Program-made: the position numbers and the translations under genes
The notes under the pieces: model-generated
What the model saw: the letters and a program-made list of their open reading frames with translations, nothing else
What the model was told of the DNA's origin: nothing
The model's database searches: none
In this document: in pieces, positions 1-14,000 of the stretch
Numbering within the stretch: the stretch's first letter is position 1
Layout: each line of letters begins with the position of its first letter
DNA from: Tubiluchus corallicola
Taxonomy: Eukaryota > Animalia > Priapulida
Reading direction: 5' to 3'
NCBI GenBank assembly: GCA_030141605.1
Contig: JAQGDQ010000110.1
Location: 310,001-374,000 of the forward strand
DNA: 64,000 nt

Positions 1-378
1 AATACTGAACACACCCAGTCAGGTTAGATACATGGTTTAATAGTATACATTAATAGTATAATGGTTTAATGGTACTTGTGTGTTACTACCGTGCTTGTTA
101 TGATTCTAATTTTTTCTATGCATGTGTTATAAGACTGTTTGTATTGTGTTTTTTCATTATATTTTGGAGTTGTCAGGATCCTGTGCATGTATATAAATAT
201 AGCAAGTGGTCTGTATATATTATAAAGCTACAGATTTTACTTGCAGATTGTTTGAAATAATGTAATGTTTTTGTAATAAGTCAGTAGTTCAAATGTTGTC
301 AGTTTTGTTTTGCTTTAAAAATCAGTTCTGTTATTGTGATGATGACGGGTTTTAATGATGTGTTTGCTTTTACAATAG

Positions 379-3300
379 TCCCAGGGATCATAGGCAGTTT
401 TCAAGCTCTGGAAGCTCTTAAAATAGCTAGTAAAATGCCAGGTAACTAAACAGTTTTTCTTCTAATATACGTGATAAGAAAAGCAGAGAGAGGCAGTAAA
501 AAACAAAGTTTCTAGCTAAGAGTTGAAGGCACTGCTTTCTTTTAATTGTCCCAGAGAAATCCAGCTTAGACTGTGATGCATCTCAATTGTGTGATTTCAA
601 AAACCGACTGAAAATTTTCATACACTGGCAAAGTACCATGCATCAAAATTCTTAACTTTTTTGCATACTGCCTGTCTAAGCAAATTTAGTTATCTATATT
701 TAGTTAACTATGTAATTAGTGTTGAAAGTAACAACACTATTAAGATTCCTAGGATGTTTCAAGTGACTTATCGATTTTTGTGAACTTATTGATTTTTCTT
801 TATACTTGAGTTGACAAGATGACAAGATGATGTTAAGTTGTAAAGATGATGTTTCCTAACTTTTGCTTACTAAACGGTAACAATTGTGTTTAAATTCATT
901 TGGGAAAGTACAGAAAATAGACACTGGAATGACTCGTACCTAGACTTTTGCTCTCTTTTAAGCAAATGTTGTTGTTGTTTGACTTGTTTTTCTATTTGCT
1001 ACTTCCTTTGTTCACACAAGGAAATTCGTTTTTTCACATTTAGGTGATTTCAGTGGATGTTTCTTGTTAGTTTCACTTCTAAAACCTTAATCTGCATTAG
1101 AATTTAGTACTTAAATGTATTTCTAATGAGATGGTGAGCTACGCTATTAACCACCTATTAACTGTTATCTTGACCGTGTTATTGAAATCGAGCAGTCTAA
1201 CAAAATTTTTGATAAACTCAGTATTTTTGTGCTTGTAGTGAGTTTTTCTGAGAAACTGCTGCTATTCGATGCACTGGACGGTTCTATGAGGACCATAAAA
1301 TTAAGACCAAAGCAGCAAAACTGTGCAGTTTGTGGCATGGAGCCATCCATAACAAAGCTAATAGACTATGTGCAGTTCTGTGGAGCTGGTGCGACAGACA
1401 AATCACAGGATAAACATCTGTTGTCTGAATGTGACAGGATCTCTGCTCAGGTATTTCTGACTTGTTTATGTTTTTGTTTACCGACATTCTTCCATACTAA
1501 CAAAAAACTCTAGCTATTTCTGTTGAAATCACTTAAGTCTTTCCTTGTATTACGAAAGATATTTTCCCTAAAGAGAAACAATAAATTTTTAATGTCAGGT
1601 GACAGCTACAACTGCCTTTTAATGAAAATTTTTGAATTAGCACAGACTGATTTCTTAAATAAAACAGGAGTTACTACTTCGTGGTGCTGCATGTTTTGTC
1701 TTTCGCTGTCGTGAATTCATTGATCCAGTAAAACTGCCATAGCTAGTATACAGAGCATTCAGTCATGTTATCTAGCACTTTTACTTACTGCATTCATGTT
1801 GGTGTGTGTAACGAGTATCTTGTTTTGCTACTGAATATTCATGAAATAAAATCACTACAGCTTCATCATTTCAGGATTACAAGGATGTAGTTGACAAGGG
1901 TGTTAAGCACCTGCTGATCGATGTCAGACCATCAGTTGAGTTGGATATTTGCAGGCTTCCCAACTGCTACAGTATCCTTCTGAGTATTTATTAATCCATA
2001 ATTTTACTTTATAGGCATTTGGAAATCTCACAATATAGTATGATGACTCAGTTTGTGTCCTTTTAGCATTTTGAGCTCCGTGTTTGCTACATTTGGTAAT
2101 TATCTGTTTTTTTACATCAGTTAGAGGTCATTGTTGGGATGGCCTAGGTTAAAAGCATTTTCTCGCCAAGTGAACTTGCTCAGTAACTTGCAAAGTAACT
2201 CGCAAGCGTGTTCAGATTAGACAGCAAAATTTGCTGTGAGTTATTCTCCGTCAGTAAGCAAGTGCTGATACTGCCTTCTCTATTCACTGTGAGAACTGTC
2301 GAGAGTAACGCGCTGTGGTGTTCACACTAGACATAACTCACAGCAACTGTCAGAGACCTTTGGAATAACTTGCCAACTGTACTGGCAAACTGTCTCACAT
2401 TTGTTGGTTTGCTGTCAGAAAGTAAAATCGCAAGTCTGAATGCCTGTTAGCCCAGTCTGAATCCTATGACTCGATTCCCTGGCAACCGGAAATGGTGTTC
2501 TAATTGAACGTCTAAAAGACATCATATCAAAAATAGCGTGTGAGTTAAGTCCATGCTAATAAATGTAAGTTTGAGTAAAATGTACATGCATGTGTGAGTG
2601 TGAGTAAGTTCTGTTTCTCGTTCTGGACTAGTTTGACAAAAGCAGTAGTTCAAAATTCCATCAGTTGTCTGTCACTGGCTTGAACTTTCGTTCTCTGTCC
2701 ATTGGTGCAGTTCTATGGTATTATCTCTGTTTGGTTTGTATAGTCAAGGTGAAACAGTCTGCTTCCAGTGTAAAGGCTGTCTCGTCTAAATTGCAATTCA
2801 TCATTGATGGCCTGTAATTAAAAAAAGTGGGGTGCTACTTCAGAAAATTTTTAGCCTGTTTCAATACTGTGTAAAATGAAACAAACATATGCAATTTTAA
2901 ACAAATATTTATACGTAAACTTGATAAAATCCTAAACAAAAAAATTTTTTGCTTACGAATAGCCTAAAATGCCGCAGTTCACGAATATGGTAATTTAAGC
3001 ACGTGGCAACTGACAACAAAATGTGTGAGGAACATTCTCTACCTAGCAGTGCAGCGTGCAATGTGTTATCTCATGACCGCATGCACAGAACACACCACTA
3101 TTCTGTGAAGCAAACAGTACTACCCTCATGTGCTCTGGTTCTGTACAAGTGTAAAGAAAGAACTAAAGAAAAAAGACCTATTATATTGAACATTATTGAT
3201 AATACTGAGTGAAAATAAGGGGTGCTGCAGTTCCACAGTACCTATACACGAGCCGCCACTGCAGTTCATAGAACCAGCTACTGAAGAATAGCCGGGCTGG

Positions 3301-3905
3301 TAGTCGAAATTTAATCACATGCTAGTTAGCTTGATGTTGTTTTACTTCATATTGTGATAGATATACCAATGGAGAAGCTAGAGACTGATAAAACAATAGA
3401 AGATCTTCAGACATTGATGAGCAAACAGAATACTTCAGCAGGTAAACTGAGTTTTTGTACCTCTAAGTACTTTTTATACCTGGACTGAGACTGACAATTG
3501 ATCTTTTGATGCAAAAAAGAACCAAGTCTTCTGATAGAAAATTGTGTACATTCCACACTTTTAGTGGACAAGTTATTAGTGTTCATATTTATTAATTTTA
3601 TAACTTTGCAAACAGTTTATAGTTTGTTATAGGTTTATGGGGTTAACTTTTTTGCATTTACAATTTTACAGCTACTGACTTGAATGTCTATGAGAAAATA
3701 ACTTATAAATAAAATGCCTTTAAAATGCTAAAAGTAAAAACGGTACTTTGTTGTTTCAGTTTATGTTGTATGCCGATTAGGAAATGACTCCCAGGTGGCA
3801 GTTCAGTCACTATGCAGTCGTTTAAAGAATGCACAACTAAAAGACATAAAGGGAGGCTTGCACGCTTGGGCTCATCACGTGGATCAGAACTTTCCTGTAT
3901 ATTAA
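379..3905 (+). CDS. MOCS3: Adenylyltransferase and sulfurtransferase MOCS3/UBA4, 3' part (5' exons lie before the window)
   Basis: Exons 379-441, 1239-1450, 1875-1971, 3361-3441 and 3760-3905 join in frame at GT-AG boundaries. Protein: [17 protein letters not shown]...[27 protein letters not shown]...DYVQFCG (end of MoeB/E1 domain, Zn CxxC), then rhodanese domain HLLIDVRP...NIP...[12 protein letters not shown]...[28 protein letters not shown] is the MOCS3 active-site loop. Confidence 0.95.
1972..3360 (+). other. Probable U12-type (minor spliceosome) GT-AG intron in MOCS3
   Basis: 5' splice site GTATCCTT at 1972-1979. Degenerate branch-site-like TTTTACTTCAT at 3340-3350. No polypyrimidine tract before the TAG acceptor. 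Phase 1. Confidence 0.75.
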
Positions 3906-6900
3906 TCTAGTTTCTAGAAGGTTGCATATGGCAATAAATTCAGTGATTATGGGTATTCTGCAAATTTGAAATGATTTTTTTAAAGCTCAGCAAGACTGGG
4001 TGATAATTGTTTTGTCTGGTGCTATTTCACATTGCTGTGCTATGAGTGAGCTTTAAAAAGATTTAGGTTTTGGTTTTTACAACAATGCTGGTATTTACAA
4101 CTACAGTATCTTTCACAAGAGCTTTGTTATTTCGTAACTGGTTGTCAAAACAACCAAAAACAGTGTCAATTTTGCATGTTATTGTAAAGCAGTGTTATTG
4201 CAAGTGGCACAGGGAGTGTCATTCATAGATCCGAGTAACAAGGCAAGGGGTAGTGACGTCATTGAAATGACAAGACAGAGCTTCTGATTCTAACCGGCTA
4301 GTAATTGTACATGAGCTCGGCTTTGAGATCTTCCGTTTTTACTACAGTGTACAGTGGTTTATTTAAGCCATTAATAAGTTGCATTGATGCCATGATCTGG
4401 CATTGTGATTCCAAAGAAATCATATTGCAACTTCTTTTAATTTTCACAATCAACAGTTACTACAAGCAAATTATTATGAGGGAGTTGTTACACGAATTCC
4501 ACATTTTTGTCCCATGAACATAATTCAGTAATAAACTTGCTAAAAATGGGTGTCTAGTATAGAAAGTAATATTAATTCTATTGGTCTGTGTGTAAACATT
4601 GTACATATCTACATTATATGGTTTCTTTGCATACCATTATCACTGGACGACGTGTGACCCATTGAAAATATAACAAGGCATCTAAATCTTCTTCATTTAT
4701 TATGAAAATGATTTTGTTTTCAGATGAGCCACCACGACCAACTTAAAATACATTTTGATACTTTGCATACTTTTCTTCCAAAACCTATACTCCTTCGTGT
4801 GAGAAAATGCGATTAAACCTGTTGCCTTGTCTGTCTGGAGATGGTTGGTTAATAAGTTTGATGCTCCGTGCATTGAAGCCCATATAGAATCTTGCAGAAT
4901 GTTCAAGGCAATGATTTCGCAAACGATCATGATGATGATGATGGCGGTAATGATAGCAATTACGATGTGGTGACGATGATGATCCCATTTCTGTTTAAGA
5001 AGCGGCCATTTGATTTTCATGTTTTGCTAAGTAAAGCATGAGATTTCCAGTATGGGGATTGTTTTCCTAACAACACATAGTAGACCTAATGTACAGCAAT
5101 ATGTACAGAACTAAATGAAGCTCAAAGTAAAGCCAATTTGCATTTATTTGAGATACATCGAATTCTGTGATACATGTAAGGAACATTTATAATTTCTTAC
5201 ATATATAAACTGTTATAACTACAAATATCATTACAAAATTATTACAATACTTTTGACAAGGAATACTATAAACATCATCGTCCTCAATAAATAATTCTTA
5301 GATGACACATTTGTTGATCTTTGTAAGAACATTAATGCAACATGCTGAATGTGTTGGGAAGGGGTAGAGAAAAGAATGAAAATGGCAAGACAAAAATGAA
5401 TGAATAAACACATTACACTTGTACAACCTAAGCGTGTAAAACTTAGATACATTATTCAGTTAAAAAATTCTGATGTATCAACCTCAAATTATTCAGTTAA
5501 CCAACAAACAGCACTGAACAGCATGCACACCGTAGAGGTATTTTTTTCACAATTTGTTTTGAATCATCACTACTGGTGCCCTCTAATGTTCAAAAAAGCC
5601 AAGTAAACATTCGTATTGTTACACAGCTACAGACAAGTTTTTGGCACATAGCTGCTAAATCACCTTCCCCAACTTTTGTTCACGGCAGGTCAAGCATATG
5701 AACTGAATTTAGTATAAGGATTTGAGCAAAAGCAATTCCAACATGAGTCAAATAACTTTCAATTAGGCGATGTGGTGACATGAAATTTAAAACTAAAACT
5801 AGTAGGAATTCACACATAATAAGTATGCTGCCAAAATACATTTTACCATAAAAAATGCAATACATGCAGAATCACCAAGTACTTTCACATTAATTACATT
5901 AAAACGGCATGTCAAAATAATTTTCTATAAAAATGTATCTACAGCTTTTTCAATGAGTGCATGGCAACAACAGCTTCTAGCAAACACAAACAAACCTTTT
6001 TAACGTGCACAAGCGCACAAGACATTTACGCCACGCGAATTTTACAAATTTACAAATCAACAAACTTTAGTATTATGCTGTAATACCGCCTCATACAAAA
6101 CTTGTTTTACTGCACAAATGTAACAATAGCATAAATGCTAAGCAGGAATATAGCAGCAAACTAGGAAATCCCTATTAGCTAATGAAGTAAAATGATTCAC
6201 AAAAGTCACTGGCAGTAAATACTGACCATTGGGGGAAAATCATACTTAAAAACAAAACCCTCTACACTATTTGCGATCACTTACAAAGCTTTGCTTTATC
6301 TTTCTCAAAACTGTAGTAATTGTTTACACACATAGCGTACATAAAAGCAAAAATAGTTCAGAGTAGCCATATTTAACCTAATATAATACTTATAGTGGAT
6401 AAATTTTACTGCTGATCGAGAAAGGTAGATTAATTAAAATAATTAATTAATACTCTTAATAATACTAATGAATATCAGAAAAAAATATAGTAAGTGGATG
6501 GATCTAAGCACTAGAGCGGCAAGAAATAATTCCCAATGAGCTGTGATATTTAGACAGAAATGAGTTTGTTTTGTGCAGCAATTACTTAAACTTCATGAAG
6601 TGAACCAGTGAGACTTGAGGAAAAAGAACAAGCACATAATCAGAAGTTAAGATCGCAAGCATAGCAATAGTTGCAATATTTGATGCCATTCACAAATAAC
6701 CGATAACATTTCACCCTACAAAAAAGGACACTGGTCCAAGTTTGGTGACATCGTCCACGACACTAACAGCCACCTTTGTATAAATAACCACAAAGATCAA
6801 GCAAAGCAGCAAATTTGTGTTAGGAAAGGGCAATAATTGCACCTTATGTTAGTTGCCCATTCAACACCCAATCAAGGGGTTACATACATCAAACATATTC

Positions 6901-8026
6901 AGTAGTTATTAAACCACAACCTCTGGTGATTATTATAAAAGCAAACATTCAAAGCACCATTACAGTATAGCCTTATGTAATCTTAAGCTATTCACGCAAT
7001 CACTAACGAAGAAATCTAAAATGATCGCAGTTTAACTTATTTTACAATTCATTACATACTGATGTTTCTATTATACTTACAGTCTATTTAATACAATGCA
7101 TTTAATTAAATATCAAAAAACAGCGATGTCATCGCTCAATTATGAAAAATCCATTGTTTCGTTTTTCTAACAGTCAACCAAATATATTTTAAAACTTGTT
7201 AAAAATCTTTATGCAACCCTAAACAATTTATGTGTTTATCACTTATACTACTAATTTCCCTAATATTAACGAATTTTAAATGATGCATGTATCAAAATAA
7301 TCTTAAAAAATGTAAATTATAAATTCTACTGGTCAGACATGTACGTATTTTTATGACAAAACTTGTTAATTAATATACCCATATTAAAACAATAAAAACT
7401 AATGCTTAACCAATAAAAATGACAAATTTTAACAAACTAACAATAAATATTCGAATCAAAAACTGACAGTTTACGAATCAAAAGGTACCAGTTCGAAAGT
7501 ATGTAAAACATTGTGAATCACAATGGTCCAATTTAGACACTTCTAAAGATAAAAATTAACTACATGCGTGGATCCAAGCTATTTGACATGGATTCCCAAA
7601 AACCAAACTGATTAGTAAGCGAGTTACAGTTTTTCACTTCTAATCAGTTGTGATCACTTGATTTTGTACCAAGTGCAAAAACAGTTCCCATACACGGATA
7701 AATAACGATTCTGCGTCACATGATCATTATCAAAATTCAACAGCTTATATCAAACTTAGAGCCAATTTGAACTCAGCAGGCCCACAGATGCAAAACAACC
7801 TCGCAACAAAGATTAGTCCTGTTGCCAGGAAGGTTCCAGATTCACTTGATGTAAACAATCTGCTCGTCAATTGTTCTTTTGTTCCTTGCTGTAGATGGCA
7901 AAACGATGGAAATATAATCCCAAAAACCCAGCAGCAGTGTCCATCAAAAAATTTACACAAACAAAAAAGCAAATTTATATAAACGAACAAGTTCACAATT
8001 TCTAGTTGCAAGCTGTCCGATGCGTA

Positions 8027-11000
8027 TCATAGCAATTTGCATCGCCAGAAGCTGGATGATTTCTTTGAACTGGCTTCATTTCTAAGTACTTGTGTCCCGC
8101 TAGTTTTACTAGGGCTTGTGGCCTCCTAAGCAAGAAAAATAAAGAAGAACATCATTAAACAGCTCCTCACAAGAAAAGAGCTAAAGAGAAAGAATAATTC
8201 TGTACAGTCAAACACATCTAACATGGATCTGGTTAATTCGAATCTTTTAAAATTTCAGCCTACATTACATTTCAGGTATAGACAGGCTTCATTTTCATTT
8301 GACTTACAGTAATTTCTTTGGTTCCTAAAGTAAACAAACTAAGCAGACTTAACAGCAAAACAAAACACCCCAATTTAAGTTTTGCATGAACATTGATTTT
8401 AGTTTACGTAATGTGTATATAAAACATAAAACATACCATTTTTTGTTCCATTTTTGCCTTGATATCTCTGGCTAAAGCGAAAAAACTTTCTTCAACGCGA
8501 ATTCCTGCTTTGGCAGATGTTTCCATAAATTTTACACCATATTCAGCCGCTAACTGTTAGAATAATATAAAAAAGTATTACAGTATACATAATCGTATAT
8601 CACCGAAACGGTTAAAGGAATTATCCATTTTTTTGAAGTTTTTCACGTACTTTAATCAGCTTTTATAATTAAAAAAATAGTGCATCGGTCTTAGGTAAAA
8701 AATCATTATACTGATATGTACAATAATCAATTATTTATAAAAAGATGCATACCTGCTGCCCTCTTTGAGTAGAAACCTGCCGCTTATCTTCACAGTCGCA
8801 CTTGTTACCAAGGATCATTCGTTCTACATCTGCTACAGCATGCTAATAAGTAAACATTAACAAAAACAATTAATAAAATTTAAATATAAAATGAGGCATT
8901 CAAGACAAAGTGAACACCGCACTTGTGTATTTTAGTATAAAATGTACGAATATGCATAATTTGAATGATGTTTTTCAAATTAATATGGAGCTAAATCAGT
9001 GGTTCCCAAAGTAGGGGTAAATTACCCCCGGGGTAATATGTTTTTTTTGGGGGGGGGGGTAACGGGCACCCCTCTGAAAATTTTTAAAACTTCGCTCAGA
9101 ATGCATTTTACGTAGATTTCTCCTTGAAGAGACTGCCAACAATACAACAACAACACCTGGAAATTTATTTATATCACGAGCAAACATAAATAAGTTTACT
9201 TGCTTGTGGCATATACGTGTGTTTACTTTTTGAGTTGGAGAAGTAGTACTAGGTGGGGGGTAATGGACACGACCGGGTTTTCCGATTTGGGTAACTTTCC
9301 GAGAAAGTTTGGGAACCACTGAGCTAAATTCTTTGCAACACAATTGTACAAAAAGTGCAAACCGAATTTCTGTGTTTAACTCATATGCTTAATGTAAGTT
9401 TCCCCAGCACATAACTACATATTTATGTAAGAATTATCCCTTCAGAATTCCAGAAAATATGACGAAAATAAATAAATTTTCTTTTGAATGCATTATGACA
9501 GTCATGCCTAATGAGAGATTTTATAATGTGCGTACTTGGCCAATAACTGATTAAGCATAACAACTAATTTATTTAGCAGTTAACCTAATTGACTAAGAAG
9601 TCGTGTTAAAGCTTCACAGCCGAGACAGGCAAAAACAAAAGGAAACCTTAATAATTATGTAGTAAAAACATCTGCACATTTCCAGGCAGTTACTCTGGGA
9701 CAGGAAATTGCTATAAAACTTCAAATCTTATCCTAATTAGCATTAAAACAAGTCTCAAGACCAGTTTTGTTTCAAAGGCAGCTTTAAAAATTCTTCCTTT
9801 GGCTTAGTTCCCATAGCTGCTGTCTTAATTTTACTATATAATCAGTACTTACACACATTTCTATTAAGCCGGGTCGCATTAAAATTTTCTCATTTGCACT
9901 TGTGTGAATACTGCAGCACCAGCTTAAACCTCTTAGTGTACCTATGAGCCATTGGGTTTCCAGATTTCCGCACATTACTGTTCGGAAGCAGCAGAGATCA
10001 GTGTAAGTTGATAAATATGCAGAACCGTCACTATGAAGTAAGTGCTGCGCCACTGATTAACTAAATGAGATGTCTATAAAATTCAGATTTGCCTAATCTC
10101 ACAGTTTCATGCATTAGGCGTGTGTCACACGCATTTTAAGTCTTTCACACGTGCACAAATTCACTTTCATCACATTCCACCATACACTTTTAAAATGAAC
10201 ACCGTAAAATACTTAAAATATCTTTCGTGCGTTGTTGCTGTTCCTTTGCCACCAGTACCAAGCACAACATTAGTAGTAGCGTTCGCGAGTTTCAGGATGT
10301 ATATTACACAAAAGAGTATCACAATTATTGAAAATGGAGCACTTTTGGATGCTACTGAACTTTTTTCATGTGTGCAAAAGAAATTATATTTATATATATA
10401 AAGTATGAATGAACTCCAATAACAACATAAAAAAGCTCATCTGTACCTTAAAACCTTAAAAGTACACACAAAAGTACCTTATTCTTTTACTTTTTTACCT
10501 CAACTTTTTAGTAATTTGATTCCCAAAAAACAAAAATTCTGGGGCATAATTTGAACCCCCCAGACCCCTGTCAGGGCGAGACGAGCCCTCGGTTTCTATC
10601 TTTCACATTCATTTTTACTTCAAATCATTGGCAGTTCTCAAAATCATTACATCATAAGAAAGCCATTCTGAAATGTACTAACCTCTTCAATATTTCTGAT
10701 CCAGTTTTTAATATTATCAAACGACCTTTCATTTGTAATATCATAGACTAGCATTATGCCCTGAAAATAAGATTTTAAATAAAATATTAAAAGAATGATA
10801 TCAAGAAGTTCGAATACTTAGAATGCCATAATTTTTTGGGGTAATGATACTAAATTTTAAAATTTATCATTAGTTAAATGCATATTGTAAGTGTGTCGCC
10901 CGTTTAGCGGTCTACCAAAAAAGTTACTTTGGAAATGTTTTTAAAATATATCGCATTGTGTGATTCCTTGGAAAGTCAAGTAAACTGCTTACAAAGGCCA

Positions 11001-14000
11001 ACTAAAGCCAAATGTACTTTTGAATCAAAGGCTGACGACTTTAAATGGTGCTAAGGGTCAGGTATTGCAGTCTATTAGATGTGCACCTCGCAAATTGTGC
11101 CTGTGAAGTGGGAAAATTCTAATAATAAGAAGCACCATGCTCTAACTTCTCTTTTCCCATTGTAACTGTGCATTTGATTCAGAGCTGATATTTTGCAGCA
11201 ATCCTCTTTACAAAAATAATATTTAAGCCATTACGCTGATTTTTTGTGAGTAAAGTATGATAATAATATCTAAGCATAAGCAAACCATTACTCATTCTAA
11301 CTAAATAATAACAGATTATTATTAATTAATGTTTCCACACTTTTCTACACCATTTAAAATGGAAAATTAATACCTCAGTTAAGGTAAATCTAACCAAGAA
11401 AAAATTGAAAGTTCAAGAAATTTTTCTTAAAGCTGGTTAAGATCAATATTTAAGACCCAGTGTAAAAAATAGCTATCATTGCTGACATTTGCTGTGGATG
11501 TGGAAAATCACACACTGCAGTGCATAAGCCACAATATTTTTTGAAGGCAAAGTACGACAAAATCAGTCGGGACAATGTCACAAACACCTTAAATTTTATC
11601 TATGCATTGTTTGTGTAAAAGCAGAAGGTGTTAAAAGGCACTATTTGACAGCATGCAAACTTACCTAGTACAACTATTTATGCAATATTTATAGAATTAG
11701 GAAAAAAGTATTTGCTATTAAAGAAATGCTTTAATTGTTTAACTGTGCTGACACTGCACATTTCTACAAAAATCAGCTCTACAGCCCGAAAATCTTGTCA
11801 CATACACAAGTACTGCACATAAACAGAAAGCACCACATGAGCTCACAATGTTCATTGGCCAATAAATGCTGTGTTTTAGTATAACTCAATGATTATTAAC
11901 AAACTCACCATGGCTCCCCTGTAATATGCGGTAGTGATAGTGCGAAAACGCTCCTGACCTGCTGTGTCCCTATACAAAAAACTCGATGCTATACAAGAGC
12001 AGCTTTGAGAAGCTATATGCTGCCAGTTAAATGAAAATTATTTGACATTATGATTGCCTAAAGTAATTTGTTGCTAGGCAAAAAATCTTAATCAAAAAAG
12101 TAGAACAATGTTTATGGATAAAAATTATGGTGCTGCAAAAAAATTGACAAATTCTATTTTGTAAATATTTTGTTGCCTGTATTTCATAAATTATAAAACT
12201 AAACTTAGTTTATTCAAATTACGCTTTAATGTTCAGCTGATTGTGCCTGGAGACCTTAAAGCTCCACAGTCATCAGCACTGAAGGTATGCCACATTGCTG
12301 TAAAAAGTATGCTACAAATGGGGCAAAAAGTTCAAGAAATGATATTTATTCTTTATTTGTACTATTTTAGCCAAAATTCTTCAGCGATTTTTAACATTTA
12401 TTAAAAAAAATAGGAAAGCTGGATAAATGCTACTAAAATCAGGGAAAAATGCTGTACCGAAAGTTTTGGCTGCGAAGTTTAACAATTTTCGACGAGAACG
12501 AAACTGAACCGAAAGTACAATTATCAGCAAATCAGTTCGGCAACATCCCTGCCTGTGTTCAAGTAAAAAATTTCAAGTACTTTATTTAAACTTTAAACAG
12601 TTTGTAGAAATAACCAATGGTTGACAAATCTATTTATCTGAACAGCTCTCGGTTCACGAGTTTCAACTTTAAGGTAACGGTCTCATTTACCAGCAGCCAG
12701 ATAACTAAGATTTTTTTTCTGTTTAAACAAGATAGCTGTAAAAACTTACCATATTTGTAACTTAATTTTCTTTCCATCCAGTTCAATAGTTCGAATTTTA
12801 AAGTCAATTCCTGCAAAACAAACATTTGTCTGGAATTAAATTAGTGGCAATACCAAATGCTTAGTATTACATTTAAACTCTAGCCGGCTACAGGTTTGAG
12901 ACTTAAGAATCACAAAGAGCTTAAAAGTTATTATTTTGAGGTTTCAATATTATCAGCATCTGAACAAGAGATTTTGCAATTTTATCAAAAAATAGCAATA
13001 AATAAAAAGTAAAAGCACAAACAGCAGAAAATCAAAGTTGACAAATTGCCTAAATGTTAATGCATGGAGGCTAAACTTTCTTAAACATCAATCTCGTGCT
13101 CACTGTAATGTCATAAAATCAATCACATAAGAAAACAACCAAGATACACCTTTTTTCAGACTAAAAAACAAGTCAAAACATAAAAAGTTATGGCCTTACA
13201 AACAAAATAACAATATAATTGGTTCCTTGCATTACACAGCAGCAAGGTGCTGCATTCCACTTACGTAGTAGCAGGAATCATTCATGGTTCGAAGTGAAAT
13301 ATCAAAAAGTACCAGACAAGTATCAGCCTAGAACTGTAGTATACACGTTTAAGACACTGAGTGGTTTATCATTACAGCAAAATTTTTTATCTTAATGCAA
13401 AACGATTAATGCTGATAAATATTAGCTCCTCCTCTTCTAAACTGAGCTTGATTCCCACTGCTGTACAAATGACAGAAATTTGGCAAGTGTGCAACTATTG
13501 CTGACAACTTGAAACAACGTAAAGACATTTAGGAATCGGTTTTTAGAAAAACGGTATTCCGTGAGCTACAAACAAGGCCAGAGTATTATTTTATAAAAGG
13601 CATATATCCAAACTCCAAACCATCCTTAGTTCCATCTATGTTTAAAATTTTGCTTTGACATTTGCTCGCACGTACCGTACAATAAGCAACTCAGGCACAA
13701 GTAAATCTGCATGAAATTTACTGATGCTAGTAATATGCTCAATCACGTTTATCGCGACATGTTGTCTCTCAAGTTACAACTGTAATAGACACTACTTGTA
13801 CAAATCCTATATAATTATGCAACGATAAACTGATGAATACATCTAGACTCTTACTTATTACATTGTGAATCTCTAGAGAGTTTGCCCAGGATGTGGTTGC
13901 CTGCTTATTGCGTTGACATTAAACCTTTTAGTGCATCCACACCACAGTTATCATGAACTCAAGTATGCACGGTGCGCAGCAAAAATGGCGCAGGTAAAAT

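Noticed and set aside
2150-3262. Possible MITE fragments inside the U12-type intron (GTGTTCAGA/CACTAGAC motifs; GAGCCGCCACTG end)
   Set aside because: Only single ends or partial motifs; no matching TIR pair or TSD.
4700-5020. 106-aa minus-strand ORF with a hydrophobic stretch
   Set aside because: Built on a short (CAT/ATC) repeat in probable UTR; no homology or splice support.
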